From an uncultured Nitrososphaerota archaeon (GTDB lineage: Archaea > Thermoproteota > EX4484-205 > JAAOZO01), in contig CAYOYV010000001.1 in the NCBI GenBank assembly GCA_964408285.1, forward strand, positions 219,841-283,840: 64,000 bases of DNA, read 5' to 3'. The position numbers and the translations under genes are program-made. Every line of letters begins with the position of its first letter. Within the stretch, counting starts at the first letter, position 1. Shown piece by piece: positions 1 through 9,629 of the stretch. The notes beneath the pieces are model-generated. The model did not search any database and was not told the origin of the DNA. It worked only from the letters and a program-made list of their open reading frames with translations.

Positions 1-206
1 GGTATGATTGAAAGCCTGACCTTGCCGTCAATCATTCTCAGGAGAGGGAGATATCCCCTTTCCCTCAGACTGTCATACAGTCTGAGGAAGCTTGTCTTTG
101 TGGCCTCGTTTCTCACCACGAAGCTAATTCCTTCTGGAGCTGGCAGGAATTCGATCACCTCAAATCCACTCTGCGTCACGAGATCGGCAAGGTCAGACCC
201 TAACAT
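1..206 (-). CDS. 5' part of a gene running off the window; probable N-terminus of a site-2 (M50) membrane metalloprotease
   Basis: Manual translation from ATG 206: MLGSDLADLVTQSGFEVIEF...SFLRLYDSLRERGYLPLLRMIDGKVRLSII. Resembles the soluble N-terminal region of archaeal M50 proteases; HExxH is outside the window. Confidence 0.4.
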   Translation of the reverse strand, partial: MLGSDLADLVTQSGFEVIEFLPAPEGISFVVRNEATKTSFLRLYDSLRERGYLPLLRMIDGKVRLSII

Positions 207-280
207 TACCCGTTCTGCCACCTCAATAGACTAATATCTCTATCCATATTCCAAAACCGCGGAGACTGAGTCACCGCGTA

Positions 281-766
281 TTGATAGACGTTCTTATAAG
301 GAAAGCCAGACCCGAAGACCTGATTCATGTTGTCGGAATAAACAGGAATGCACTTCCCGAGAATTACTCCCCTGAATTCTTCAGCTCGCTGTTGGAAGAA
401 CATGGGGAGTATTTCCTAGTCGCGGAGCGTGAAGGTCATCTGATCGGATACGTAATGTGTAGAATCGAGACTGGTTTCTCCTTCTCTCCAAGTCTCCAAT
501 CCCCACTTCATCCGAGGGGTCATATCGTAAGCCTTGCCGTAGATTCCGTTCACAGACGTAAAGGCATCGGAGAGGCTCTGATGCTCGCAACTTTGGCAGA
601 GATGAGAAAGCATGGCTTAAAGGAGTCCTATCTGGAAGTTCGAGTTGACAACACTGCGGCAATAGCGGCGTATGAGAAGCTTGGCTACAAGAAATCCAAG
701 AAGATTGATCTTTATTATGCAGATGGCACATCTGCATACGTTATGACGATTGACCTCCAGTCCTGA
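281..766 (+). CDS. rimI: N-terminal protein acetyltransferase (RimI/Ard1, GNAT)
   Basis: LPENY, GHIVSLAV..HRRKGIG, LEVRVDN, YYADG motifs. Confidence 0.92.
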   Translation: MIDVLIRKARPEDLIHVVGINRNALPENYSPEFFSSLLEEHGEYFLVAEREGHLIGYVMCRIETGFSFSPSLQSPLHPRGHIVSLAVDSVHRRKGIGEALMLATLAEMRKHGLKESYLEVRVDNTAAIAAYEKLGYKKSKKIDLYYADGTSAYVMTIDLQS

Positions 767-877
767 AGATGATTGATTGCTGGAGGCTGGCTTGGCTCAG
801 TTCGACCAACGCGCGTCCAATGATCTGAATCTGCTCATACAGACCGACGCAATGCAAGAATCGAGTAATAGCTCAAT

Positions 878-1132
878 CTACGCGCTTGGCAAGAGGTCGT
901 CTATGGGTATGTCAAGGAAGGAATTGTCCGGGAGCGTCCTTCTCAGAGTCAACGGCAATGCCCTCGACTCCAGCTCATGTGTGGCTATCATAAGTGGATC
1001 CCATTTCTCGGTTTCGTCCACTGAAACGAGTGGAGGAGCACCGAGATTGAGTTGCAGAGCTCTCAAGCCTATTATCCTTGCCCTTTCGAATTTCGTCAGC
1101 CTCTTCGGAAAAATCCCGGTGCCAGTATCCAA
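878..1132 (-). CDS. rpo6: DNA-directed RNA polymerase subunit Rpo6 (K)
   Basis: [20 protein letters not shown] and [10 protein letters not shown] signature. Confidence 0.95.
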   Translation of the reverse strand: MDTGTGIFPKRLTKFERARIIGLRALQLNLGAPPLVSVDETEKWDPLMIATHELESRALPLTLRRTLPDNSFLDIPIDDLLPSA

Positions 1133-1149
1133 GAGGACTCTTGCCTTCC

Positions 1150-2748
1150 CTAGTATCCGCTCTCTTGGTTTTCTTTTCCCGGTGGAGCCTTGAATTTGGC
1201 AACGGCGGTTATTCTATCGATCCTAAGAAGTGCGATGGCAGTGTCTACGGCTCCCGAGAGCGTAGACCTCTTGAGCGACAATGGTTCCAATATCCCGGCT
1301 GAAGTGGCATCAACCATGTCCTTCTCCAACTCCCCAGTTCCTATGTTCGGATTTCCTGAGTTGTGGATTGCCCTGAGCTTGGTCAATGTTTCGTCCGGAT
1401 CCTTTCCTGAATTCGAAGCCAAAGAAGCAGGAATGCTCTCCATTGACCTAAGAAAAGCCTCAATAGCAAGGGCTGGTTTTCCGGCCTGCTTGGAGGAGAG
1501 GCCCTTCAGCTGTCTGGCAATCTCCAGTTCGGTGGCCCCAGCTCCTGGCACGACTTTGCAGTCGGTGAATGCCATCCGGAGGGCGTTCAGAGCCTTTTTC
1601 GTCATCCTCTCAGCCTCCCCCACTATCTTATCGTTCGCGCCTCTGAAGATCAGATTGACTGCTTTCGTCTTCGCGCCTGTGTTCACGAAAACCCACTTCT
1701 CGTCTCCCACTCTCCTCTCTTCGACGAGCTTGGCGTTGCCGAGGACTGACTCGTCCAATTCATCAATGTTCGTTGTGATCTTGGCGCCAGTTGCCAGACT
1801 CAACTTGTCCATGTCCGACTTCTTTATTCTCCTCACCGCCTGTATGTTGTCCTTGGCCAAGAGGTACTGAACTAGGTCATCGATTCCCTTCTGACAGAGC
1901 ACTACATTGGCACCTGAACTCTTGATCTTTTCTACCATCTCCTTGAGGGATTCCTGTTCTTGGTCCATGAATCGGGTCAGCATAGAGGGATCCTTGAATT
2001 TCATCTTCCCGTCGTATTCCGTCTTCCTCAATTCTAGACTCTGATCTATCAAGGCTATCTTGGGATTCTTCAGTAGTTTCGGCATGGCTGGATGCACGAG
2101 TTCTTTATCGAGAGCGATTCCCTCAAGCAATTTCGTTTCGAACATCACTTCGCCTCCCTTCTTGTCCAGCTTTATCCTATCTAGATCGAGCTTTGTGCCC
2201 TCTCTTGCCTTCGTCGCCGCCTCCACAGCGATCTCTGCTAGCACCTCTCTTTCCTTTCTAGACAGTGAACCGGTGATCGCTGTCTTTGCTATCAGAAAGA
2301 GAGTCTTCCGGTCAGTTGGTTTGAAGGATTTTGCACTCTTTTCGAGAACCTCGATTGCCTTCCTCAGGGATTCACCATAGCTTTGCTCTACAATGGATGC
2401 ATGAATCCCCTGTCTCTGAAGAGCGATGCCTTGCTCGAGCAGCTCACTGGCCAGAATGACCATGCTTGTCACACCATCCCCGACTTCCTTGTTCATGGCC
2501 TTGGCTAGCTCCACGAGTATCTTCGCAACCGGATGTTCAATGTCCACCTCCTCCAAGACAGTGGCCCCACTGCTTGTGACCGTGACGTCTCCGAAGGTGT
2601 CCATTATCAGCTTGAACTTCCCATGTGGGCCAAGAACCGGTCTTAAGGCCCCGCCCAAGACCTGTGCTGCAACCAGAATGTGCTGTCTGACCTCATCTTC
2701 ACCTCTCTCTGAAGAGCCCTCTTTGAGAACAATAATGGGAGTGCTCAT
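1150..2748 (-). CDS. Thermosome (group II chaperonin) subunit, divergent ATPase motifs
   Basis: [38 protein letters not shown] motifs; catalytic Asp residues substituted (see findings). Confidence 0.93.
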   Translation of the reverse strand: MSTPIIVLKEGSSERGEDEVRQHILVAAQVLGGALRPVLGPHGKFKLIMDTFGDVTVTSSGATVLEEVDIEHPVAKILVELAKAMNKEVGDGVTSMVILASELLEQGIALQRQGIHASIVEQSYGESLRKAIEVLEKSAKSFKPTDRKTLFLIAKTAITGSLSRKEREVLAEIAVEAATKAREGTKLDLDRIKLDKKGGEVMFETKLLEGIALDKELVHPAMPKLLKNPKIALIDQSLELRKTEYDGKMKFKDPSMLTRFMDQEQESLKEMVEKIKSSGANVVLCQKGIDDLVQYLLAKDNIQAVRRIKKSDMDKLSLATGAKITTNIDELDESVLGNAKLVEERRVGDEKWVFVNTGAKTKAVNLIFRGANDKIVGEAERMTKKALNALRMAFTDCKVVPGAGATELEIARQLKGLSSKQAGKPALAIEAFLRSMESIPASLASNSGKDPDETLTKLRAIHNSGNPNIGTGELEKDMVDATSAGILEPLSLKRSTLSGAVDTAIALLRIDRITAVAKFKAPPGKENQESGY

Positions 2749-2840
2749 TTCTGATTATCCTCACACGATTTTCATACTTCACTTTTGCCGGATATTAACC
2801 TTTTGTTCAAATCTTGGGGGGAAAGGCATAGACTACTAGG

Positions 2841-3056
2841 CTATTGACTCTCTCCCATGAGATAGCTGACCTGAGCTAGTCTGTCCATGACTTCAACGAA
2901 TTCACGCTCAATGTCGTGCTTTCTCTTCTCATATTCATCCGACGAGATTTCGGCATTGTTCTTCCTCTCTTGTAGAGCTTCGAATTCCTTCTCCAACCTC
3001 TTCTTCTCGGCGAGCAATCTATCCTTCTCCTGCTCGACTCCGGGGGGCCTCATCAT
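2841..3056 (-). CDS. Small coiled-coil hypothetical protein
   Basis: Likely start at ATG 3056; highly charged helical sequence with an ISSDEYEKRK segment. Confidence 0.6.
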   Translation of the reverse strand: MMRPPGVEQEKDRLLAEKKRLEKEFEALQERKNNAEISSDEYEKRKHDIEREFVEVMDRLAQVSYLMGESQ

Positions 3057-3120
3057 GAGCTTGATTTCAACGCGCGCGAAATAGAGATAAAAATGTTGGC
3101 TCTGGATTATCAGCATCACA

Positions 3121-3483
3121 TTGGAGAATCAATTGAGGATCAAGCTCCATTTTCAGCCCGGTCCAGAGATGACGGGTACAATAATGAGGCATCTTTCTCC
3201 AAGAACATTCACGAGGTTTGTGAATTCGCTGCCCTTGCAGGGAGCAACCAAGAGGGAGGGGCCCATGATACTGGGTCTAGTGAACATAGATGCCCCTTTC
3301 GACAAAACAAAGGAAGACTTCCAAGCAGGCGAACTCGCATATGATCCGAGAAGCAGGGCTTTGTGTGTCTTCGCTGAAAATGGAGGAATGCTGAAGATGG
3401 TCCCCTTGGGGAAGATTGATGACCCTAGCCTATTGCGCTACGTCAGGGACGGCGCTTGGCTGCTGGTCGGTCGAATTCAATGA
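3121..3483 (+). CDS. Cyclophilin-like fold protein (DUF369-like)
   Basis: SPRT..FVNSLPL, GELAYDP...ALCVF, PLGKI pattern. Confidence 0.6.
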   Translation: MENQLRIKLHFQPGPEMTGTIMRHLSPRTFTRFVNSLPLQGATKREGPMILGLVNIDAPFDKTKEDFQAGELAYDPRSRALCVFAENGGMLKMVPLGKIDDPSLLRYVRDGAWLLVGRIQ

Positions 3484-3777
3484 ATAGACGGGTTGACCGT
3501 TGAACGATGAGATTCTGGACAGAAGACCCTCCTTCTCAAATCTCCTAAGGGTTCTCTTTGCCTCTCCAGGACTCATCGAACCTAGCTCTACAACCGATTG
3601 GGGAGTGATCGCACCTAGGCCCCTTATTTTCCCGAAAAGCTCTGAGGGATTGGGTTCTATCGCAGAGAAAGAGATTCTCTGTCTGCGCTCCTCCGGTCTC
3701 TTTCTCTCCTTTCTTTCGTCCTCCCTCTTCTGAGCCCTTTCTATCTGGGCGAGGCTGGGCTTTTTTCCTCCTCCCAT
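3430..3777 (-). CDS. rps25e: 30S ribosomal protein eS25 (S25e)
   Basis: MGGGKKPSLAQIER N-terminus, AITP, winged helix A.R.LR.FE.EGL; ATG at 3777. Confidence 0.82.
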   Translation of the reverse strand: MGGGKKPSLAQIERAQKREDERKERKRPEERRQRISFSAIEPNPSELFGKIRGLGAITPQSVVELGSMSPGEAKRTLRRFEKEGLLSRISSFNGQPVYSLNSTDQQPSAVPDVAQ

Positions 3778-3825
3778 GTTCCGCCGGATGTTCACAATCG
3801 GATTTAAGTCTTTCCACCGCAAATC

Positions 3826-4473
3826 GTGCCAAACGAAAGAGATTTATCTGATTGGATTCAGCCTAAAGTCGAAACACGAGGACTTAGGAAATTGAGGCGG
3901 GACCCCCTGTCAGAAACTCGCATAACCGTAGGCGACATAATGAGCTCTCCAGTATATTCTCTTCCGAAGACCGAAACCGTGACGACGGCCGCAATGGAGA
4001 TGGAGCTACGCGGAATCGGAAGCATTTTGGTAGCAAATTCATCCGGAAAGACGGTGGGGATCATAACAGAGAGAGACATAATAACAAGAGTGATAGCAAA
4101 AGGAAAAGATCCCAGCAATTCGAAGTTGGAGGAAGTCATGTCCTCGCCGCTTGTCAAGATAGATCACGACAAGAACGTAATGAAGGCATTGGATGCAATG
4201 AGATTGCACAAGCTGAGGAGGCTAGGTGTTGTCAAGGACGAGAAGCTCGTTGGCATAGTGACGGAAAGGGACATAATCTCTGCTGTGCCTGCGATATTGG
4301 AGCAATACTACGAGAAGACCCATTCGATCATGCCCGCAGTAAACAACGTGGAGCGCTATGAAGGATACTGTGAGGAGTGTGGGCAATGGTCAGAGAGACT
4401 GCTTGACTATGAAGGCAGATTCATGTGTGACGAATGCGTGACGGATCTCGGAGGCCAGGTAGAAGGCACTTGA
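3826..4473 (+). CDS. CBS-pair protein with C-terminal Zn ribbon
   Basis: Two CBS repeats (VGIITERDI, VGIVTERDI) plus CEECG-x14-CDEC; start uncertain. Confidence 0.88.
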   Translation: MPNERDLSDWIQPKVETRGLRKLRRDPLSETRITVGDIMSSPVYSLPKTETVTTAAMEMELRGIGSILVANSSGKTVGIITERDIITRVIAKGKDPSNSKLEEVMSSPLVKIDHDKNVMKALDAMRLHKLRRLGVVKDEKLVGIVTERDIISAVPAILEQYYEKTHSIMPAVNNVERYEGYCEECGQWSERLLDYEGRFMCDECVTDLGGQVEGT

Positions 4474-4761
4474 GGAGAAGGGAGAAGTCCTCTCCTTTCC
4501 GAATCATCCTATCCGGAGAAAGAACCCACGCAAAGGTTGACCCAGGTCTTGGGATCCTTCTGAATATCGCCTCTGAGGCGACGCCCTGCGCGACGAAGAC
4601 TACCCGATCATTGGAAGGGAAAACCAAATCGATGCTCGAAAATATGAAGACGGTTAGCAGGGGGCGGCACGTTTGCCCGCTGCCCATGTTTGGAGCCCGG
4701 CAACTGGGGCCACAGATGGTTCTACGCCCAGTACACAATAGTAGAGGGCCTTGATCACTGG

Positions 4762-5220
4762 ATGACCCATAGATTCCTAGTAGACGAGATGCTTGGCGAC
4801 GTGATGAAATGGCTCAGGATACTTGGGTTTGAGGCCGTCTATAGGAAGGGTTACTCAGACAGGACTCTCGTTGAGAAGGCAAATAGGGGATTCGTGCTGG
4901 TTACATCAGATCGGGAGCTTTTCAGGATGTCTTCGTCACGTGGCCTGAACTGCATTCTTCTCCAAGAACATTCAGTCAAGGACAAATTGGTGCATATATT
5001 CAGGGATTTGGATCTGAAACCTTCACTTAGGACCACCAGGTGTGCAATCTGTGGCGGGAGGCTGGAGATTCGTAGAAAAAGTATTCCCAAGAGAACTGAT
5101 TCACGTAGAGTGTTCTGGACTTGCACGAAATGTGGAAAAATGTATTGGAGAGGTTCGCACTGGAGAAACATAGGCAAGATGATTGCCAATGTACGAAGCG
5201 ACCTCTCAGCAAAGCAATAA
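4762..5220 (+). CDS. Mut7-C RNase domain protein (PIN-like plus Zn ribbon)
   Basis: FLVDEMLG...KWLRILG, LVTSDREL, RCAICGG, CTKCGKMYWRGSHW; start reassigned to ATG 4762. Confidence 0.9.
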   Translation: MTHRFLVDEMLGDVMKWLRILGFEAVYRKGYSDRTLVEKANRGFVLVTSDRELFRMSSSRGLNCILLQEHSVKDKLVHIFRDLDLKPSLRTTRCAICGGRLEIRRKSIPKRTDSRRVFWTCTKCGKMYWRGSHWRNIGKMIANVRSDLSAKQ

Positions 5221-5246
5221 AAGCTGTTCGGGATCATCATCTTCGG

Positions 5247-5564
5247 ATGGACGTGATTCCTTCTGACCTGGTCTATTTCGCGGCTATCTGGATTGTGAGT
5301 ACGTTCGCACTGCATATCTCTGCGCGTTTGCTGGGAGCCAAGGGGGGATTGTTTTCGTCATTCGTGGCTTCCTTCTTGGGTGCTGCGATCTACTCTTTCT
5401 TCAGAGGATCTCTGGTCTTCCAGATAGCGGCAATGATCCTATGGTTTCTGGTCCTGCGGTTCTCATTTCAAGTGGGCTGGTTCCGGGCGGCGGTCATTTC
5501 GGTTGTTGCTTCGTTCTTCGTTGCTGTAGTTTCTTTGATCCTGGGAGTGCCACTCATGGTATGA
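5247..5564 (+). CDS. Small 4-TM membrane protein
   Basis: Hydrophobic ORF from ATG 5247, in operon context. Confidence 0.7.
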   Translation: MDVIPSDLVYFAAIWIVSTFALHISARLLGAKGGLFSSFVASFLGAAIYSFFRGSLVFQIAAMILWFLVLRFSFQVGWFRAAVISVVASFFVAVVSLILGVPLMV

Positions 5565-5571
5565 CGAATGA

Positions 5572-6390
5572 ATGGCCATGACCATTCGGATCATCGAGGC
5601 AGAAGCGAGTTCAGGACTGTCAAGCTCCAAGCTGTCGGAATACGTAGTGAATCCATATCTCGGCTGTGAACATGGCTGCAAGTATTGCTATGCTCAGAGG
5701 TATTTCCACTCACGGTCAATCCTTCAACAGGCCTGGGGGGAGGAGGTGATAGTGCGCAGAAATATCCATGACATGGTCCGCAGAGATACCAAAATCAAAA
5801 AGAAGGGGAGAGTCCTTCTCAGTTCCATGACAGACTGCTACCAGCCTTCAGAGGCAAAACATCAGCTCACTAGAAGGGTCCTCGAATGTCTCCTCGAAGA
5901 GGACTTCCCGCTTGCTGTGCTCACCAAATCGCCCTTGGTACTGAGGGATCTTGATCTATTGGCACGGTTCTCAGAAGCAGAGATCACCTTCAGCATAAGC
6001 AGCCTTGATCCGGATGTCTTTGGGGCATTTGAGCCGAAGGCACCAATGCCTGAGGCAAGACTCGGAGCACTTCGCAGAATACTGAACTCAGGTCTCAAGG
6101 GGGGGCTTTTCGTAGCGCCACACCTGCCGGCCAAGGATTCGTTCAATACACAATATGCTCCTATCTTCAAGGCTGCTGGGGACCTTGGACTCAGCACTAT
6201 TCTGATGGATACACTGAATCATGCAGGCCTTCTGAGAAAGGGAATAATGAGAACGTATGTCCGAGAATATCAGGCAGGCCTCGAGGCTTTCAGGCGAATG
6301 CTCGCGTCTCCATCTTTGTATAATGAGCAGCTCAAGAAGAAGGCAAAATCGCTTGGCCAATCATTTGGCATACGAGTTGTGTTTGTGTAG
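5572..6390 (+). CDS. Radical SAM protein (SplB/Rv2578c-like)
   Basis: NPYLGCEHGCKYCYA, SSMTDCYQP, LTKSPLVLRD. Confidence 0.9.
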   Translation: MAMTIRIIEAEASSGLSSSKLSEYVVNPYLGCEHGCKYCYAQRYFHSRSILQQAWGEEVIVRRNIHDMVRRDTKIKKKGRVLLSSMTDCYQPSEAKHQLTRRVLECLLEEDFPLAVLTKSPLVLRDLDLLARFSEAEITFSISSLDPDVFGAFEPKAPMPEARLGALRRILNSGLKGGLFVAPHLPAKDSFNTQYAPIFKAAGDLGLSTILMDTLNHAGLLRKGIMRTYVREYQAGLEAFRRMLASPSLYNEQLKKKAKSLGQSFGIRVVFV

Positions 6391-6452
6391 CGTCAGTCCG
6401 CCCATCTATCCTCATTAGTATCAGATTTTTGAGGTGAACTTCATCCGCCATT
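6389..6452 (-). ncRNA. Box C/D methylation-guide sRNA
   Basis: Minus strand: C (CGGATGA), 16-nt guide, D' (CTGA), C' (TAATGA), 15-nt guide, D (CTGA). TATA-like TTTTAT about 25 nt upstream. D guide GATGGGCGG complements the universal 16S CCGCCCGUC. Confidence 0.75.
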
Positions 6453-6636
6453 CGGGTGATTCGCCTCTCAAGATAAAAGCTTTGCATTGCGCGCGCGGAT
6501 GTGCAGAAATGCCATGGTGGGCCTGGCATCAACACCCCTTCTGGTTTTCTATGTAAAATATCATTGGCTTCACCTGATGACTGCCTTCGCGGCCTTTTCC
6601 GGACGCATACCCTTAAATAGGAAAAATGCGCGACGT

Positions 6637-9168
6637 ATGGCTCAAAAGGAAATGTCCTCGCCTGTCAGGCGCAGATTGTGTTTTGTGCTTATCTATCTTC
6701 TAGTGTTCCTGCTGGAACCAAGCACATTCCCAGTGGCAAAAGCGGATACTGAGTTCCAGTTAGTCACAAGAGCGGAATCTGCCGGCATAACTCAGACTAG
6801 TGATTCGTCGTCGGCGTCGCGTTCAGAGTTCGACTACGCGCCGACTCTTGTAGCGCAATTTTACCTCAACATTACTGCGCATACAAATGCTTCTGCGAAC
6901 CTCTGGTTCGGGCGCGTGGAGTTGCAGCAAAGTGTCGCAAGGACACTCTATTTGGCAAGAAATGGTTCCGGCTTGCTGCGCGCCTATCTAAATAACACCC
7001 TGATAACCTCTGCATCGTTCAACATAAGCAAAATGACCTGGTACAAGGTTGTGATCTCATATGCCACGAACAATGATACTTTGATGGTGACTATACAGAC
7101 CGAAGGGAGCGGAACGGTCCCTATCCAGGTCGTCAATCGGTTGCTCGATCCTCCTTTCAGGCGCGGGATTGCCTTCACGATAGGATGGTTGAGTCATGGC
7201 TTTTCCTCTCCAGGTTCTGTTCTTGTCAAGAATTTCAGACTCGATGTTTCACCAATGTTGAACATTTCCCTTCCTGTTTCAAATCCAGGTGATACTGTCA
7301 GCATCAAGGGGATTCAATTTGATCCGTATCAAAACATAAACGTGACGATCGCATCGCTCATCAATCAGGCAGTCTATTCAAATCCCTCCGTTCCAACGGA
7401 TGGTCAAGGCAAATTTGATATTTCCCTGCAATTGCCGCAGACCCTAAAGCCGGGTCTCTACCATGTGTTTGCCAAGCAACCCTACGGGCCCAGGGTGAAA
7501 TTCCACCTCGGCGTATGGGGGCTCGGAGTAGCTCAGGCAAACAGAACACTACCGATCAATTTCACAGGTAGTGGATTCAGAATTGGTTCCATCGTCAGGG
7601 TGACTATGAGGAGGACCTACCCTGCATATTTCTTCAGCGAGATATATACGGTGAGCGGAACCGAGGGGACTTTCGCTTCGACGAAGTTGACATTCCCGCC
7701 TAGTTTTCCATTGGGGGCCTATTCTGTCCTGCTTGAAGCATATGGCACTTTGGACTACTTCAACTACCCCTTCTCTGATGCCTATGAGATCAATATAGGA
7801 AAGGCTCCTCTTTTCGTCACAGTTGAGACGTCACAAGCCGTCTACCTAAGGACTCAGTTGGCGAGGATATACGCTAACGCTAGATACGCCAATGGAAGCA
7901 GAATTCCATCCGTATCGGCATTTACATTGAACGTGAAGCAAGGGGCGAACACGGTCATCGCTGGTCAGGTCATGACTTACGATCCAGGTCTCCAGAAATG
8001 GTCTTGGGGTTTCATTCTTGTCAAGGAGAATCCTATCGGTATCCACAATGCTGTCACCTACGCAGTCGACCCATATGGAAATACTGGATCTGGAACCGGG
8101 AATTTCGAAGTGAAGCCCGCTCAATTGAAAGTCGATCTATATGATAATAAGACGACCTATCAGAGAAGTGAAACGATTAGCATTAACGCAAACCTTGCGT
8201 ATCCGGATGGCAGTCCTGCGACAACAGGAACTTATCTTGTTGTCGGATCCATTGGCACCGTCACCCATTCTTCCGGCCTAATCTATGAGACCAAATCTGG
8301 GCTTTGGAAGAGTTCGATCATGATTCTCCCCGGAGATCCTGTTGGAACTTGGAAGGTAACCATGTCAGGATCAGATCCTCAAGGCAATCTACTCAACTAC
8401 TCGTTCGGTGTGACAATACTAGCAGCAAACCTGAACATCACAATAATCCCAGATGTGAATGCCACGTATCAGAGAACACAGAGTGTTTCGCTGCAGTTGG
8501 TCGCAAAATATCCTTCAGGTCAAGTCCTATCCGTGGGTACCTTGACGGCAAATGCGACAAGAGGTCAGGGGCTTCAGACCTACTCTTCTGTATTGCAATT
8601 CAACTCCCAATCTCAGCTGTGGAAGGGCGCATTGAAACTACCTGCCAATGCCCCAATTGACATGTACCTATTGGTTGTGAAGGCAGTTGATCAGTTCGGG
8701 AATGCCGGAAATCAAACCAGACGGATATCCGTGGTCGCAGCAACACTGAAACTGAACATTAGCACCCCGAAGAAAGAATTCCAAATCGGATTCGAATCAG
8801 TGAAGCTGTCGGGGGCTGTGTTCTATCCTGACGGGACGGCCCTGATGTCGGGCAATGTGAGTGCCAAGATTACTGTGGGCGCCAGCTCGAAAGCGATTAT
8901 TTTCACTCAGGAATCAGGAATCTGGACGGGCAGCCTCCAGACAGGATTCTTCGATCCCGGGGGAGATTATCTTTTCGTCATAACTGCATCTGACGTCTAC
9001 GATAACTCCGGGTCAGTATCTCTGTCCCTAACGGGAAGCCAACTCTATGTTGCTCTTTCACTAGTGGGCATAATATTGGCAATCGCAATCGCTGCCGCAC
9101 TGATATGGAGATACAGGCAGATGAGGACTGGAGCACCATCGCCGGTCGAGGCAGAATATTACCTCTAG
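6637..9168 (+). CDS. Large cell-surface glycoprotein: signal peptide, Ig-like repeats, C-terminal TM anchor
   Basis: TATA at 6613; RRR + hydrophobic stretch + VAKA signal; many NxS/T sequons; four ~100-aa repeats; TM then RYR. Confidence 0.8.
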   Translation: MAQKEMSSPVRRRLCFVLIYLLVFLLEPSTFPVAKADTEFQLVTRAESAGITQTSDSSSASRSEFDYAPTLVAQFYLNITAHTNASANLWFGRVELQQSVARTLYLARNGSGLLRAYLNNTLITSASFNISKMTWYKVVISYATNNDTLMVTIQTEGSGTVPIQVVNRLLDPPFRRGIAFTIGWLSHGFSSPGSVLVKNFRLDVSPMLNISLPVSNPGDTVSIKGIQFDPYQNINVTIASLINQAVYSNPSVPTDGQGKFDISLQLPQTLKPGLYHVFAKQPYGPRVKFHLGVWGLGVAQANRTLPINFTGSGFRIGSIVRVTMRRTYPAYFFSEIYTVSGTEGTFASTKLTFPPSFPLGAYSVLLEAYGTLDYFNYPFSDAYEINIGKAPLFVTVETSQAVYLRTQLARIYANARYANGSRIPSVSAFTLNVKQGANTVIAGQVMTYDPGLQKWSWGFILVKENPIGIHNAVTYAVDPYGNTGSGTGNFEVKPAQLKVDLYDNKTTYQRSETISINANLAYPDGSPATTGTYLVVGSIGTVTHSSGLIYETKSGLWKSSIMILPGDPVGTWKVTMSGSDPQGNLLNYSFGVTILAANLNITIIPDVNATYQRTQSVSLQLVAKYPSGQVLSVGTLTANATRGQGLQTYSSVLQFNSQSQLWKGALKLPANAPIDMYLLVVKAVDQFGNAGNQTRRISVVAATLKLNISTPKKEFQIGFESVKLSGAVFYPDGTALMSGNVSAKITVGASSKAIIFTQESGIWTGSLQTGFFDPGGDYLFVITASDVYDNSGSVSLSLTGSQLYVALSLVGIILAIAIAAALIWRYRQMRTGAPSPVEAEYYL
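7804..9033 (+). repeat. Four tandem ~100-105 aa Ig-like protein repeats
   Basis: Units start at 7804, 8119, 8425 and 8740; consensus A.L......Y.R......YP.G....W......P.G......D..GN.G. Confidence 0.75.
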
Positions 9169-9240
9169 ATTTCTAGCAGAGTAGTTCACTCGACGTACTA
9201 GAAAGACATAATTGGCAATGCCGCCTGAGAACATCGATTC

Positions 9241-9624
9241 ATGCCTCCAAGGAGAAAAAGGATCAAATCGACAAGGAGTACAACTATAATGTTCAAAGGA
9301 GGGAGGATGCCGGCAAGCGAAGATGAGATGTTGCAGAGGATCTTCTGGAGAAGTCAGGAATTGGCGTTGGAGGCAAAGATCTTCCTCAAATCAGTCATAA
9401 GGAGTGAGCCGATCGGAATTCCGGTGTCAGAATGGAGGAAATGGATTCAGAAAAGGCCGATCTCCCTCGGGCAGTTCTACAACATGATAAAGGGTCTGAC
9501 TGGATCTGGGCTAATAGAAAAGAGGGAAGGCGCATGGCATGTATCAACCGGATTTCTCAGGGAGCTGGAACAAATGGTCATGCTCTATTCAGCGATGACA
9601 GGCATCCAACACAGACTCAAGTGA
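9241..9624 (+). CDS. Winged-helix hypothetical protein
   Basis: SLGQFYNMIKGL..SGLIEKREG.W..S..F wHTH-like pattern. Confidence 0.6.
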   Translation: MPPRRKRIKSTRSTTIMFKGGRMPASEDEMLQRIFWRSQELALEAKIFLKSVIRSEPIGIPVSEWRKWIQKRPISLGQFYNMIKGLTGSGLIEKREGAWHVSTGFLRELEQMVMLYSAMTGIQHRLK

Positions 9625-9629
9625 TCTCA

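Noticed and set aside
777-2839. Plus-strand ORFs 777-1193, 1190-1870, 2060-2380, 2426-2839 and similar antisense ORFs across the window
   Set aside because: Shadows of well-supported opposite-strand genes, Ser-rich and without motifs
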